Shown: positions 1 to 10,251 of the stretch, one piece after another | Position numbering within the stretch: position 1 is the first letter of the stretch | How the letters are laid out: each line of letters starts with the position of its first letter | The notes under the pieces: model-generated | Databases searched by the model: none | Told to the model about the DNA's origin: nothing | The model's input: the letters and a program-made list of their open reading frames with translations, nothing else | Assembly: GCA_048772705.1 (NCBI GenBank) | Contig: JBLWGC010000202.1 | Location: forward strand, 124,001 to 188,000 | Origin: Leidyana gryllorum EB-2025a | Taxonomy: Eukaryota > Protista > Apicomplexa | DNA length: 64,000 nucleotides | Direction: 5' to 3' | Translations under genes and position numbers: made by a program

Positions 1-597
1 TTTTGGTCCGGAACCACACTTGCCTTTGAGTCGCCGTGGAAGGAAGCACTTGCAGAGGCATTGATAGGGTCTTTCACCGAAGACACGTTGCTCAAAGTGT
101 TATCTGCGATTGCCATCAGCCCCATGAAGATCAGAGCATACCAAAGGTGTAAAGACTACCACAGCATGTTGAAAATGCAGCAAACATTCTGCAAAAGAAT
201 GTACGAGGAGCCTGTGTGGAGTTCACCGCCCCCCATACTGGGTGAGTGGGAAAAGAAGAGGGTGAATGTGTGGTACAATGACCTGCGTCATCACCTCCTC
301 GGCGTACAAATACCGCCAATTGACGTAACCATCACTGATCCCCCCTTCAATATTGGAAAGTGTTTTCTGTCGTCACCATGGTTTCTGCGAAATCTTACGG
401 CGAAACGGTGTGATCTGCTCCGCAGTTGGGGGGTCAGAGACTATGCAATCCCTCTCACACCGTCTGCATTCGAAAATGAGATATCGAACTTCATCTTTTC
501 GAGGTTCGACCTACTTGAACTACTTGAAACGAAGAATGGAAACAAGAAACTGCTAAACTCGGAACTGTCAGAAGAGATTGAGGAGATCTTAGAATAG
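1..597 (+). CDS. 3' part of a third paralog of the F-box/LRR-like family (5' end lies outside the window)
   Basis: The frame is open from base 1 (FWSGTTLAFESPWKEALAEALIGSFTEDTL). SPWKEALAEALIGSFT aligns with YPWSEAIYEMVSGDYT and HPWMTALYEIISGSYT in the two neighbours. IGKCFLSSPWFL..LRSWGV aligns with VGQLDLNAEWII..LEAWGI. Confidence 0.65.
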   Translation, partial: FWSGTTLAFESPWKEALAEALIGSFTEDTLLKVLSAIAISPMKIRAYQRCKDYHSMLKMQQTFCKRMYEEPVWSSPPPILGEWEKKRVNVWYNDLRHHLLGVQIPPIDVTITDPPFNIGKCFLSSPWFLRNLTAKRCDLLRSWGVRDYAIPLTPSAFENEISNFIFSRFDLLELLETKNGNKKLLNSELSEEIEEILE

Positions 598-686
598 TGG
601 GACGATATCTGTGACGTGTCGCTTCATCTGCCAATAGGACAGGGACTGGCAAAAGTGGAATGTCTCAGGACAATGTCTCCGATCTT

Positions 687-2576
687 TCAATCGGACCACA
701 CACTACCATCGTCGGAAGCGACTTCTTGTTCTATGTAGCGAGTGTCGATGTCCCAGTCAAGCAGTGTCTGGAGATCCCCTTTCTCGGCGAGTTGTAGCAC
801 CCATGAACCGTTTAGGTTGGCTTGACCGACCTCACAACATATTGTCCGGCGCTCAGGGACGGAGTTTACATCTGTGGCTCGCTCCAGCTTGTGATGCCAT
901 AGCCAAAATAACTCCAACTCTCTCCCACAGAGCTGTCCTACTGGGCCGACATCGTAGTTGACGTCTGCAATGTGGATAGCGAGTCTGTCGATCACGTCAT
1001 ATAGCTGGGGATACAGCTGATCTGTGAAGATCACTTCCCATCCGATACTTCCAGCCCTGATGAATTGCAGAATATTCCGGACTGTTTCGTCAGTGTAGTC
1101 TCCAGAGACCATTTCATAAATCGCTTCGCTCCATGGGTATGGAAAGAACCCAGTGGCAAAACAGCTCAACCGAACTTTCCTCATCTTCTTGGCCTGGCAG
1201 ATGGAGCGCAGAGCCAGATAAGCCCACAGAACTCTCGAAACACAATCAAAGTAGTCATCTATAGCAACGTATTCCACTCCCAGTTTCACAATGAGAGAGA
1301 CCCACTGTTTAACCCGCACTCGGTCTGGGAGGCTGGTTCCACACAACACACCACACACATTGGACGGGATCCATGTCAATTTCTTTGTCGTATCGTCAAC
1401 GTGAGAGTGCCACTCCTCAGGGTATATCTCCCGTCGTTCCAATTATGTGGCTCCACTGCCAATCTCCTGGCTGGCTTTGATGGGAACAACTGTGATCCAA
1501 TTAGGAACTTGAGGTCTCCTACCCTCCTCCAATGGTGTGGCAAAACTTAGCCATGCCTTTGGTCGGCCGGGAGAGCTGCATGAAATAGCCGCAGGATTGG
1601 ACATTCGGTACATTATCTCCACCACATCTGAAGGTAGGCGAGAGGCAATAAAACGTTTGTACTTTGACAAATAGTCTGCTATATGATTAGGATTCCTGTG
1701 GTTCAATAACATTGGTACGTTAGCGGTGATTAACTTGCTCACTTACCCCTCAGGGCCATCGTGCTGTACTCGCAGTGGAACTGGAATAGGCAATATCACC
1801 CAAGACATCTCGTCGTCTAGTAAGCCTCCCTTGGGATGAGCGTGAACGAGGTCGGCGAAGTCCCAGTAGCGTTTGCATGGAGGCAAATCGATAACAGTGA
1901 TGCATCCCTTTTTCAACTGTTTGCTGAAAACGACGGTGAAAGTCTCGCTCATATAGAAGGACTCGTTATAAGCGATCTCTTCGAAGTTGCAATCGAAGGG
2001 ATGGTCGACCATTTGGATGCTGCCGATCTCGATAGACATTGTCTTCAAAGCTGGTGCGGTGATTTTGATCGTGTCAGTCGGAGATACACCACTCATATCC
2101 AGGCACTCCAGACTTGGGAAGACAAGATGGAAGTTTCGAGTACTGTGCACACAAACGGAACCTTGTAATCTGAGAGTTAGATGAGTCAGTCTTGGAGTTC
2201 CGAGGGAGGATAGCTTCTGTAACAATATCAGACAACGAGGTGGGGGCAAATCGTAGTGCCATCCCGCACTCGAGCACACCTTCACTGACTCCACACATAG
2301 AGCTGTCCGTCTCACCATACCCTCCCACCAAGACTGGCGCTCCAAGAGATTGAGACTCGAATCATTGACGTCGATGTGGGTACACGCAAATGTATGGTGT
2401 ACGCAGTCTCGTATAGATCGGTTCAAATGTCGCAGCCGTCCAACCTCCAATAGAGGAAGGAATCGCAGAATCGGCAACCAAAGAGGACCACCCAATTGGG
2501 ACATGTTGGCTAATCGAATTTTTGACGTGATTCCTGGTACCCATGCCTTCCACCCGTGGTGGCGGTTGGTCGACAT
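687..2576 (-). pseudogene. F-box/LRR-like gene with one intron (1746-1696) and an in-frame TAA at 1445-1443; probable pseudogene or truncated allele
   Basis: F-box-like LWLPILRFLPLLEVGRLRHLNRSIR and LRR-like PRLTHLTL, FPSLECLDM, APALKTMSI. A 51-nt GTAAGT..CTAAC..CACAG intron joins ORFs 1743-2576 and 1443-1742 in frame. ORF 687-1442 continues in the same frame after one TAA and is homologous to the C-terminus of the 2804-4752 gene. Confidence 0.65.
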
Positions 2577-2803
2577 CTGATCTCCAGATCAATTTCGTAC
2601 ACTACCCTCCATGATCTTTGGCATGCCACCCACCGCCTATGCCCACTGTAACTGTCGTCCGTCTCATACAACAGTCGACCCCCTTTGCGCGAGAGTGTGT
2701 AGGTGGCGTCATCAGCCGCAAAACTTCACCATCGCTTTGACCATTTGCTGGTGCATTATTCCGCCGACTCCTTCACGAAACCACCACACCCGACCTTGGC
2801 GGC

Positions 2804-4752
2804 TCAAAAGTGGTCTGAATGCGAGTCGAGATTGTCAGTTGCCGCAGAGCTTTGGCTTGGTGACGTGACGTGCTCCTGCAGTACGTTATGAGGTATACCC
2901 CAAGCCTCCAAGTCTTGTAGGCGTCCTTCAATTATTTTACGGATTATCCATTCTGCATTCAAGTCCAGCTGGCCAACCAGACACATGTCCCATCCCTCTC
3001 GAGGAACCGCTCTGAGGGTCGTGGCCGACTGTACTTGACGCAGGACACGACAGAATGTGCGAAATTGCCACGGCTGCAGGGAACCAATCGGTAGTACGGA
3101 GTAATTGATGTGCTTTATGTCGTTCGGAAGGCTGGATAGTAACCTTTTGGCTTCAGCCCAGCTCATTGCATTCAGCAGATTCTTAGCGCTGGATCGCGTG
3201 CAGCGAAGGCATAGTGTGATTTCCCAAAATGTTGCTCTAGTGTAACTTCCGGATATGATCTCGTAGAGGGCCGTCATCCAGGGGTGAGGATAATAGCCCA
3301 TGGCCTGACAGGCTATACGGATGTCTCGAGCTGCGGGATCGCGTTTCAGGAAGTACAGAGCGACATAAGTGACAAAAAGCTGTGAGACGCACTCAAAGTG
3401 TCCGCTGACCGCGATGAGATTTACTCCAAGTTTCCTCAGAATACTCAACCACTCATCACACTCATCGAGCTCAGTTGGCAGTACACAGTTCCCATAGAGC
3501 ACGACGTCACAGTCTGAGGTCCAATAGCGCCGAGTTTCGGGAAACAACTCAAATTGTCGCCAAGTCACCACTTTTATTTCCAGTCGGCGCAAAGACGCCA
3601 GCTCTGATCGCCACGCCAGGCTGGGAGGCTCTGGCCCCCACAATGCCATCTCCAATGGATCATCAGAATCATACATCCAGTGGGGACTCCACTTGTGGTA
3701 CTTGGAATCTCCTCTTCGAACGACTTCCTCACCATCGGCGCTCAGTACAGGGCACACTTTTATCCAAGGAGGGATTTTATCACGTATACACTCTTGAGCC
3801 AGGCTCAGCCAGGCACTGATCGGTCTCTCTCTGGTGTGAAAGACATCAATGAGTCTTGGGAATGTGGGAATGAGAGCTCGAACGTCCGAAGGGAGATGCT
3901 TCGCAAGCAATATCTCGTAGTTCCGCAGATACAGCTTCAATCTATTGTCGAGGCTGCGAACAGGTGATAGACTTTCTTGACTTCGTGTAGATCTCACCGC
4001 TCGTTTCCCAAAGTCTCCGATTGGAGAGGTACTGGAAGGGGCAACAGTATTCTCGGAGGACGATCAGCAGGCCACAGGCACTTGTCCACCTCCTGCGAGA
4101 AGTGGAGCAATCGTCGCTCTGTCGGTAGACTACTGATCCGGATCCATTGATGGAGTAATCGGTTGCAGTAGATAATACCATCGTCGTTGCGAATAATGCA
4201 GTCCCCCGCCGCGGCCATACGACTGAAGTCGTGCTCGAAGGGATGCTCAACATCAGATGAGTTCCTCCACTGTAATCCGAGTACTTCGAGGCTCGGTGCA
4301 CGAATTCGGAAGTTGTTGAAAGCCGTGCAACCAAACAAGTTCAAGCATTTCAAGTGTGGCAAATTCAGCTCCACCAAGCGTCTCCGCTTCTCACGTGTCT
4401 CTGGCGATAAGACGACCAGTGAGAGGGTTTGCAGCTGTGGAAGTCCTTTGAGAGACATTCTCTCAACCAACATCAAAGCCGCAGGATGTGGTGTTCCGCC
4501 AGTGGTGCTGGTGGAGCCGCTAGTGACCTTTAGAGACTTTATGACATCGGTGGTTCGGTCTACCCACTGATGCCACCAATGGTACCGACTCAGAATGTTA
4601 ACAGATGTGTCATCTATTTCGACAAATTCTGCCACCCACAGATCTCTAACACACCTGAGCACACTCTTGTTGATCGCTCGTATGCGAGCGACCTCAATGA
4701 GGTGCAGGAATTGGAGAATAGGTATCCACAAGCGCGCACTCCCGTCCCACAT
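2804..4752 (-). CDS. F-box/LRR-like protein with an unrecognised C-terminal domain; one 44-nt intron (3997-3954)
   Basis: LWIPILQFLHLIEVARIRAINKSVLR (F-box-like), then LPQLQTLSL, LPHLKCLNL, APSLEVLGL (LRR-like). A GTGAGA..TTCGCAG intron joins ORFs 3994-4752 and 2804-3997 in frame, at the same phase-2 position as in the paralog. Confidence 0.75.
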
Positions 4753-4923
4753 AACAACTGGGCATAATTTCAGGGAAGTGATTTGAGAAAGCTAACTTCT
4801 TCTTCTGGTGTCAAGTGACATCTCAGTTGAAGGCCCTTAACTCATGTTATGCACATACCGGAACCGAGTATTAGCCTTTGGCAGACAGAAAACTAACGCT
4901 GAGCGAGAAAAATTCATTGGGCA

Positions 4924-7110
4924 TTACTGTACATCACAACCACCTATAGAGTAGTGGGATTTGGCCACATTATTGCATCTCTTCATGAACTTCTCGATGT
5001 CTAAAGGAGTCACGTCGCTGCTGTGCAGTATCATTTTCCCACTTGCATCGTCCCGACCGTTTAGGAAGTAAGTCAGTCGTCGAGAATGATGCACTTGAGG
5101 GCTAATGATGAGTAACGGTAGATCGCGAACCGCTTTTCGTGAAGACTTGTTCGCCACCTTGGCGCCTTTCATCTTCAGCATCTGCATGATATCATGGGCA
5201 TGGGCGAAAAATCGTGCCCTGTACCAGTCGCCCTCACTCTCGTACCCGACTTTTTCGAACATGGTATCCGCCGTTGGCAAAAAGCGAATCGACATCTGAA
5301 GCCGCGAAGGACCGCTACTGCTAGGATTGCCGTCGGACTCGAGGGTGTACCGAGCAGCTGTCAACGGAAAGACTTCGTCGTTGTGTTGGGCGTGCACTCG
5401 TACGAACCAGACTGTTCCGTCATTATCGCGGTGCACAAAGCCCTGCCTCCGCCCGTCTGACGAGTCTTCAACGAACAGATACTCCTCGCCCTCAACTTCT
5501 TCGATTCGCATGTGATCGTCAGCAGCATTGAGCTCCAGTTCGCTTTGGACTAAGGGCAATAGATCCTTGAATTGAGGCGGTAGTGCATACTCCCAGGTCA
5601 TCTTCTCGTTTTCCCGGACAAGCCTACGAGCAACTCCACCAGGATAGCCGTAGAGGAGGATCGTGGGACCTGAAGTCGCAGGGACCGCGCACACTACCTT
5701 GTCACTCGGAAGCTTTTTCACTTCTGCCAGAAGGGGGAGGGGAACGATGGTCGTCGGGATTTGAGCGTTGACAGCTACGAAGCCTCGCCATTTGACCTTA
5801 GCCTCCGGACGATAGCTCGCAAAGTCGAGAGTCCCTATTCGGATCCCAATCACATTGTTAGGGAGCAGAGCCTTTGCCACGTCCCTCGCTTCCTCGAACC
5901 CGCTCGGTATGTCCTCGCTGAACATGGAAGGGAAGTGATATCGACAGGAATACACCGTCGGTGGAGAAGCGCCCGGCTCGCATATGTAATGTGTTATTGT
6001 TGACTTCCCGATTGACCTGAAGAAAAAGATATCTTTGACCTTGTCGTAGAAGGTTGTGACATTTTCTAGTCCTGTGACCTCCTGATACAGGCCAAACCTT
6101 GTGAGAAGCTGACCAACTCGGTTGCCGTTCAGAGTCGCGTTTGGTTGATGAGTGGGAATTTCTGTGAGGTCGTGAAAGGGCTGCAGATTATACTCCGTCA
6201 TCCAGTCGATCCTCGAGCACATCTGGCGCCAGCGATGCGGTTCAGCTATCCTTCTGCACTCCTTCAAGTGCTCCTGATGGGCCTCGGGGTCAATGGAGGA
6301 ACTTCCTTCATAGTGGTCCCGAACGCCTACTGCCCAGTAAGCATAGCCTTCCTCTGTACCATTCTGACCAAGAATCACCAGCGGTGGGGTATCAAATTCT
6401 TCCATAGCTCCCTCACTCATGTGCCTCAACGCTGTCATCAGCAGTGTGCGGTTCACAAAGAAGGGGTGATGTGAGGGTGCAGCCTCTCCGTTCGGCTTGA
6501 AAAGACAAGTCAGTGTGCGCTCAGACTCATCACCCGTATCGCTAGACGAGAACTGATGTATCGTTATGCGACCAGTTTTCAATCCATCCTTCGTCGCCGC
6601 GCCGTCATTTGAGTCTTCCCTGAATTTCAAACACCAAATGCCATCGGAGATGACACTATCAGCGCATACGCGCTCAAACCCACAGCTGCTTGTTCCACTA
6701 GCCTCGGAGGTCTCTGCCGCGTGATGTGGAGCAGAAGGACGTGCAAACACCAGCACTTTGGTAGCGGTTTGTGGCCGTTCAAAGTAGGCGCAAATGCAAT
6801 CTCCTTTCAAACGGGACCGGGAGAGGAGCTTGTAACCCTTCAATAGGTGGGCCACACCTGAATGCTCGTACAAAGCTCTGACGGAGTAATCAATACTGCC
6901 GCCAGAGCCAAAATCCTGTCTAGCGCCTAGTCGTGCAGGTCGTCCGACAACACTTCTGGGTGCCAAACTTTCGGCGTTACTCGCTTCTCCGGAGACGTTG
7001 CCACTTTGACATGTCTCGGGTGACAGGCCGCCGACAACGGCAGTTCCGACTTCAAGCGGCCAGAGCGCAGAACCAAAACTCTGGCGTGTTGCGAAGTAGG
7101 GGGTTTTCAT
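4924..7110 (-). CDS. LWPLEV-family array copy 1 (most divergent), 728 aa, unknown function
   Basis: Intronless ORF. Start assigned to MKTPYF by homology to the other copies. Shares LWPLEVG, HPFFxN, YWA.G, SCRY.FP and GIRIG motifs. Confidence 0.8.
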   Translation of the reverse strand: MKTPYFATRQSFGSALWPLEVGTAVVGGLSPETCQSGNVSGEASNAESLAPRSVVGRPARLGARQDFGSGGSIDYSVRALYEHSGVAHLLKGYKLLSRSRLKGDCICAYFERPQTATKVLVFARPSAPHHAAETSEASGTSSCGFERVCADSVISDGIWCLKFREDSNDGAATKDGLKTGRITIHQFSSSDTGDESERTLTCLFKPNGEAAPSHHPFFVNRTLLMTALRHMSEGAMEEFDTPPLVILGQNGTEEGYAYWAVGVRDHYEGSSSIDPEAHQEHLKECRRIAEPHRWRQMCSRIDWMTEYNLQPFHDLTEIPTHQPNATLNGNRVGQLLTRFGLYQEVTGLENVTTFYDKVKDIFFFRSIGKSTITHYICEPGASPPTVYSCRYHFPSMFSEDIPSGFEEARDVAKALLPNNVIGIRIGTLDFASYRPEAKVKWRGFVAVNAQIPTTIVPLPLLAEVKKLPSDKVVCAVPATSGPTILLYGYPGGVARRLVRENEKMTWEYALPPQFKDLLPLVQSELELNAADDHMRIEEVEGEEYLFVEDSSDGRRQGFVHRDNDGTVWFVRVHAQHNDEVFPLTAARYTLESDGNPSSSGPSRLQMSIRFLPTADTMFEKVGYESEGDWYRARFFAHAHDIMQMLKMKGAKVANKSSRKAVRDLPLLIISPQVHHSRRLTYFLNGRDDASGKMILHSSDVTPLDIEKFMKRCNNVAKSHYSIGGCDVQ

Positions 7111-7143
7111 TGACCAATTCGTAAAGACTTTTCTCACAAATAG

Positions 7144-7187
7144 ATTTCGGTGTGGCGTGAAAATAATTTCGGTGTGGCGTGAAAATA
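7144..7187. repeat. Perfect 22-bp tandem duplication (ATTTCGGTGTGGCGTGAAAATA x2) just upstream of copy 1
   Basis: Read directly at 7144-7165 and 7166-7187. Confidence 0.9.
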
Positions 7188-7666
7188 ACTTCGGGAACGG
7201 AGACCTCACAATGATCACAACAATGTTTTCTGATCGCGCTGACCGAAGATCAGGCTGCCGCGTTAAAGTAGTGAGGTTCATATCTTCGAGGCCAGCGCGT
7301 CTCCACTCCCTTGGAGGGCTTAGTTAGAGCCATTGTATTCAGCGGTCGCATAATGATGGCCAGCTATTCGCCGACCAATATGTTGGGCAAGGCAGTGTTG
7401 ACATAAAAATTCTCAATAGAGTAAGTCAGTAGCGTGCACACAACATTCAGCAAAGGCACAAACGCAAAGTCGACATTGACTCAAAAATTGACTCGAAGAA
7501 TCTGTTTCAATTTACTCGGTGCGTTGTCTCTTCTCGCGCAGTCAGAGGAAGTCGCCCCAAACTCGAAATAGTAGAGTAAGCTCCGCTCTCATGATAGTGA
7601 CTCTAAACCTGCAGACACCAGCCATATCTGGTCCTCTTTTGGCCGTTCGGTTCTGTGTTGTGGCTG

Positions 7667-9826
7667 TCAAATTTGGGTGCCGATAGCGACCATCGGCATA
7701 TCGTGCCCAATTTTCAGTGATTCGTTTCCATACTTGAACGGTCCACAGGTCTTCCTTCTTATTCCATCCGAGGCAGCTCTCGCACGCAGCTCCTCAACGA
7801 CTCTAACGGCATCGCCAAATAACCGCATGGCCCAGCACCAGTCAATACGTTTATGTGGATATCTTGCCACCCACCTATCCATTGCTGGAAAGCGCACCGG
7901 AACATCGAAGCCAGCTTGCATCCTGTAGGTATTGTAGCAACTCTCTCTCGGGACGTGCAGCGTGGCCCTTAGGATGCCTTTGTCGAGAGACTTCGGCGAA
8001 GCCCTGCTCAGTTGAACAATCCAAGCGCCTTCGCTTGGCTCCCGCTGGAAACACATGAAGCCAACTCTCTCGGGCCGCTCGCTCCGAACATAAAGGTACT
8101 CCTCGCTTCCAACCATCTCGTACTGAACGATGGCTTTGACTGGATCCACATCCAACTCTGACGTCAGGAAAGGTAGATAGGGTTCCAGATGCTGGGGCAG
8201 GTGTCTTTTCCAACCAAGCAACTGCTTATTGGCACCGGAGACAAGGCTCATCGGAACTTCGCCGCGTCGACCGCACATAACAGTCGAGGTTCCGTCTTCT
8301 GGCGTGTAATACACTCCGTCCGGGATGAACAATGTGTCAAACTTCAACTTTGGCCACAGCCAGAACGCTGGAGGTGATCTGACCAGTTTCCTGGGGTTTG
8401 TAGCTACATAAGCTTCGCTGGTTGCAGCACCAGTACTTTCGGGCGAATGAACTTTCAGCGTCATCTTTCCCACTCGAAGCCCGTCGGAGTCCGCGCCGAG
8501 CAGATGGGCAGCCACCTGGACAGCCTCGCGGGAACGATAAGAATCCCTTGGTGCCTCTTTGTTCAAGACATCAGAGAACTCGTAACGGCACGAGTACCTC
8601 AGGTCAGCCTCCGGTGAGCCTATCCCGGTGACACTACAATAGTAGCTCAGGCCCGCATTGTCCGAGGATTCGAGGAGAACTGTGTCTCCCTGGTCAAAGA
8701 ACCAAACTTTGCACTGTTTGTCCTCGAAGAAATCCGATTGTAGGCCGGCCGATTCCAGTTCGTCTCTAATCCGGTCCCGGACAGAGGGGGGTACTTGCTT
8801 CTGCGCCGTGCAACACACAACGGACTCGCCAGACATGAAGTCTTTCAGCAGAGTACCTTTGTGGGAAAGTCTCGCGCCCGATATAGACTTCCACACTGCT
8901 TCCATTCGCTTTGACAAAGCCATTTTCCGACACCTCTCCAAGTTTGTCCTGTGGACTTCTGGATTGCCTCCCATATCCGCCGTGTGGTAGCCCTCGTGGG
9001 GACCCAACGCCCAATAGACGAATTGTTCTTTGGGCTTCTCAGTGGGCCCGACGATGAAGAGTAAATGTTCACCGTACGTCCGCAGCCATTCTTCAGGGAC
9101 TGATCTCAAGGCCTCATTCAGCAATCCGCCGTTTGAGAAGAAGGGATGTGAAAGCGTATAATTTTGTTCGTCTTCCTCTCTCATTGGAAGCCAACAGCGA
9201 ACTTTGTATTGCCATGATTCGCGACCGACCCATCTGCTCACCTCCAGCTCGACCTCTTTCCACAGGTCAGCCGACTGAGAAATGCTGTCACCCGACTTAA
9301 TCCACGCTTCTTCAATCGCTGTGTTGACTACTTCCGGGTCGATCATGTCGATACAGGATAGCTCAGCACCCGTGATGCATTGCTCGCACGATTCTGGACT
9401 GGTGAACTCTTCTGCACTTTGCGAGCTCCGACTCCTGAGCACAGAAGGCTGTGGGCGGACATCCTCGTTCAAATACACTATCCGTCTCTCTTTCTTGGCT
9501 GGTATCGCCAAGCAGGCAGAATAACCCGGTTCCTCCAGGCGAGACGCGGAAATGACATTGAAGTCTTCGAAGCAGTCTGAGACGAATGGATAGGCTTTCA
9601 TGGCTCGCAATGCATGCCACATCTCCCTCTGAGCGTTTGCTTCTCGGCACTGTCTCAGAAGCTCGCTCGGGGAGAGACTGCATTCGCTCTCCTGAACAAC
9701 ACTGTAACCTGCCCCATCACTCGAAGCTGTGCTGTCGGTCGAACCGACGAGAACAGCGGCTCCGACTTCGAGTGGCCACAGTCCAACAGCATCACCCTTC
9801 CCTGCTCGGAATTGAGGAGTTCTCAT
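7667..9826 (-). CDS. LWPLEV-family array copy 2, 719 aa
   Basis: Intronless ORF starting MRTPQF..GLWPLEVGAAVLV, with FVYWALGPHEGYH and FIPDGVYY. Confidence 0.85.
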   Translation of the reverse strand: MRTPQFRAGKGDAVGLWPLEVGAAVLVGSTDSTASSDGAGYSVVQESECSLSPSELLRQCREANAQREMWHALRAMKAYPFVSDCFEDFNVISASRLEEPGYSACLAIPAKKERRIVYLNEDVRPQPSVLRSRSSQSAEEFTSPESCEQCITGAELSCIDMIDPEVVNTAIEEAWIKSGDSISQSADLWKEVELEVSRWVGRESWQYKVRCWLPMREEDEQNYTLSHPFFSNGGLLNEALRSVPEEWLRTYGEHLLFIVGPTEKPKEQFVYWALGPHEGYHTADMGGNPEVHRTNLERCRKMALSKRMEAVWKSISGARLSHKGTLLKDFMSGESVVCCTAQKQVPPSVRDRIRDELESAGLQSDFFEDKQCKVWFFDQGDTVLLESSDNAGLSYYCSVTGIGSPEADLRYSCRYEFSDVLNKEAPRDSYRSREAVQVAAHLLGADSDGLRVGKMTLKVHSPESTGAATSEAYVATNPRKLVRSPPAFWLWPKLKFDTLFIPDGVYYTPEDGTSTVMCGRRGEVPMSLVSGANKQLLGWKRHLPQHLEPYLPFLTSELDVDPVKAIVQYEMVGSEEYLYVRSERPERVGFMCFQREPSEGAWIVQLSRASPKSLDKGILRATLHVPRESCYNTYRMQAGFDVPVRFPAMDRWVARYPHKRIDWCWAMRLFGDAVRVVEELRARAASDGIRRKTCGPFKYGNESLKIGHDMPMVAIGTQI

Positions 9827-10251
9827 TAATAATTGACGTTCTCTTTTTTTGGGCAAATAACATAATGCGATGTCGGCAATATCGATACGCCACTCACGAA
9901 TGCGTGTATGGATACTGGCTGCCCGGCCGAAACCTATCCTCCCTTCTCTATGAGAATTGCCGCGTTCTCACTTCAGCAAGCCTTCCGTCCACGTGGGATG
10001 AACTGTTGCCGCCACCGTTCTCGGAGACTCCCAATTGGTGTTGACTGACACAGTCTCAAGGAAGGTTTGGAATTACAACCACTCCGCTACCCTCACTGCT
10101 TACTGTGTCACGGGACTATTTCTCTGGGGACTGATGTGGCGTTTACAGCTAATCGAATGAATTTCGAGTCATCAATTGTACGCCGGTCTCAATTGGAGTA
10201 TGTCAGTCAAGTGTTGCATTGGATGCATCAAACACTAAGTCCGTGCTGGGG

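Noticed and set aside
3994-3997. GTGA start/stop overlap suggesting prokaryotic translational coupling
   Set aside because: It is better explained as a GTGAG splice donor of a 44-nt intron that joins the ORFs in frame and matches the intron in the paralog.
7111-7281. N-terminal extensions of the ORF calls for copies 1, 2, 3 and 10
   Set aside because: They are not conserved between copies. The homologous M-x-x-P start is preferred.
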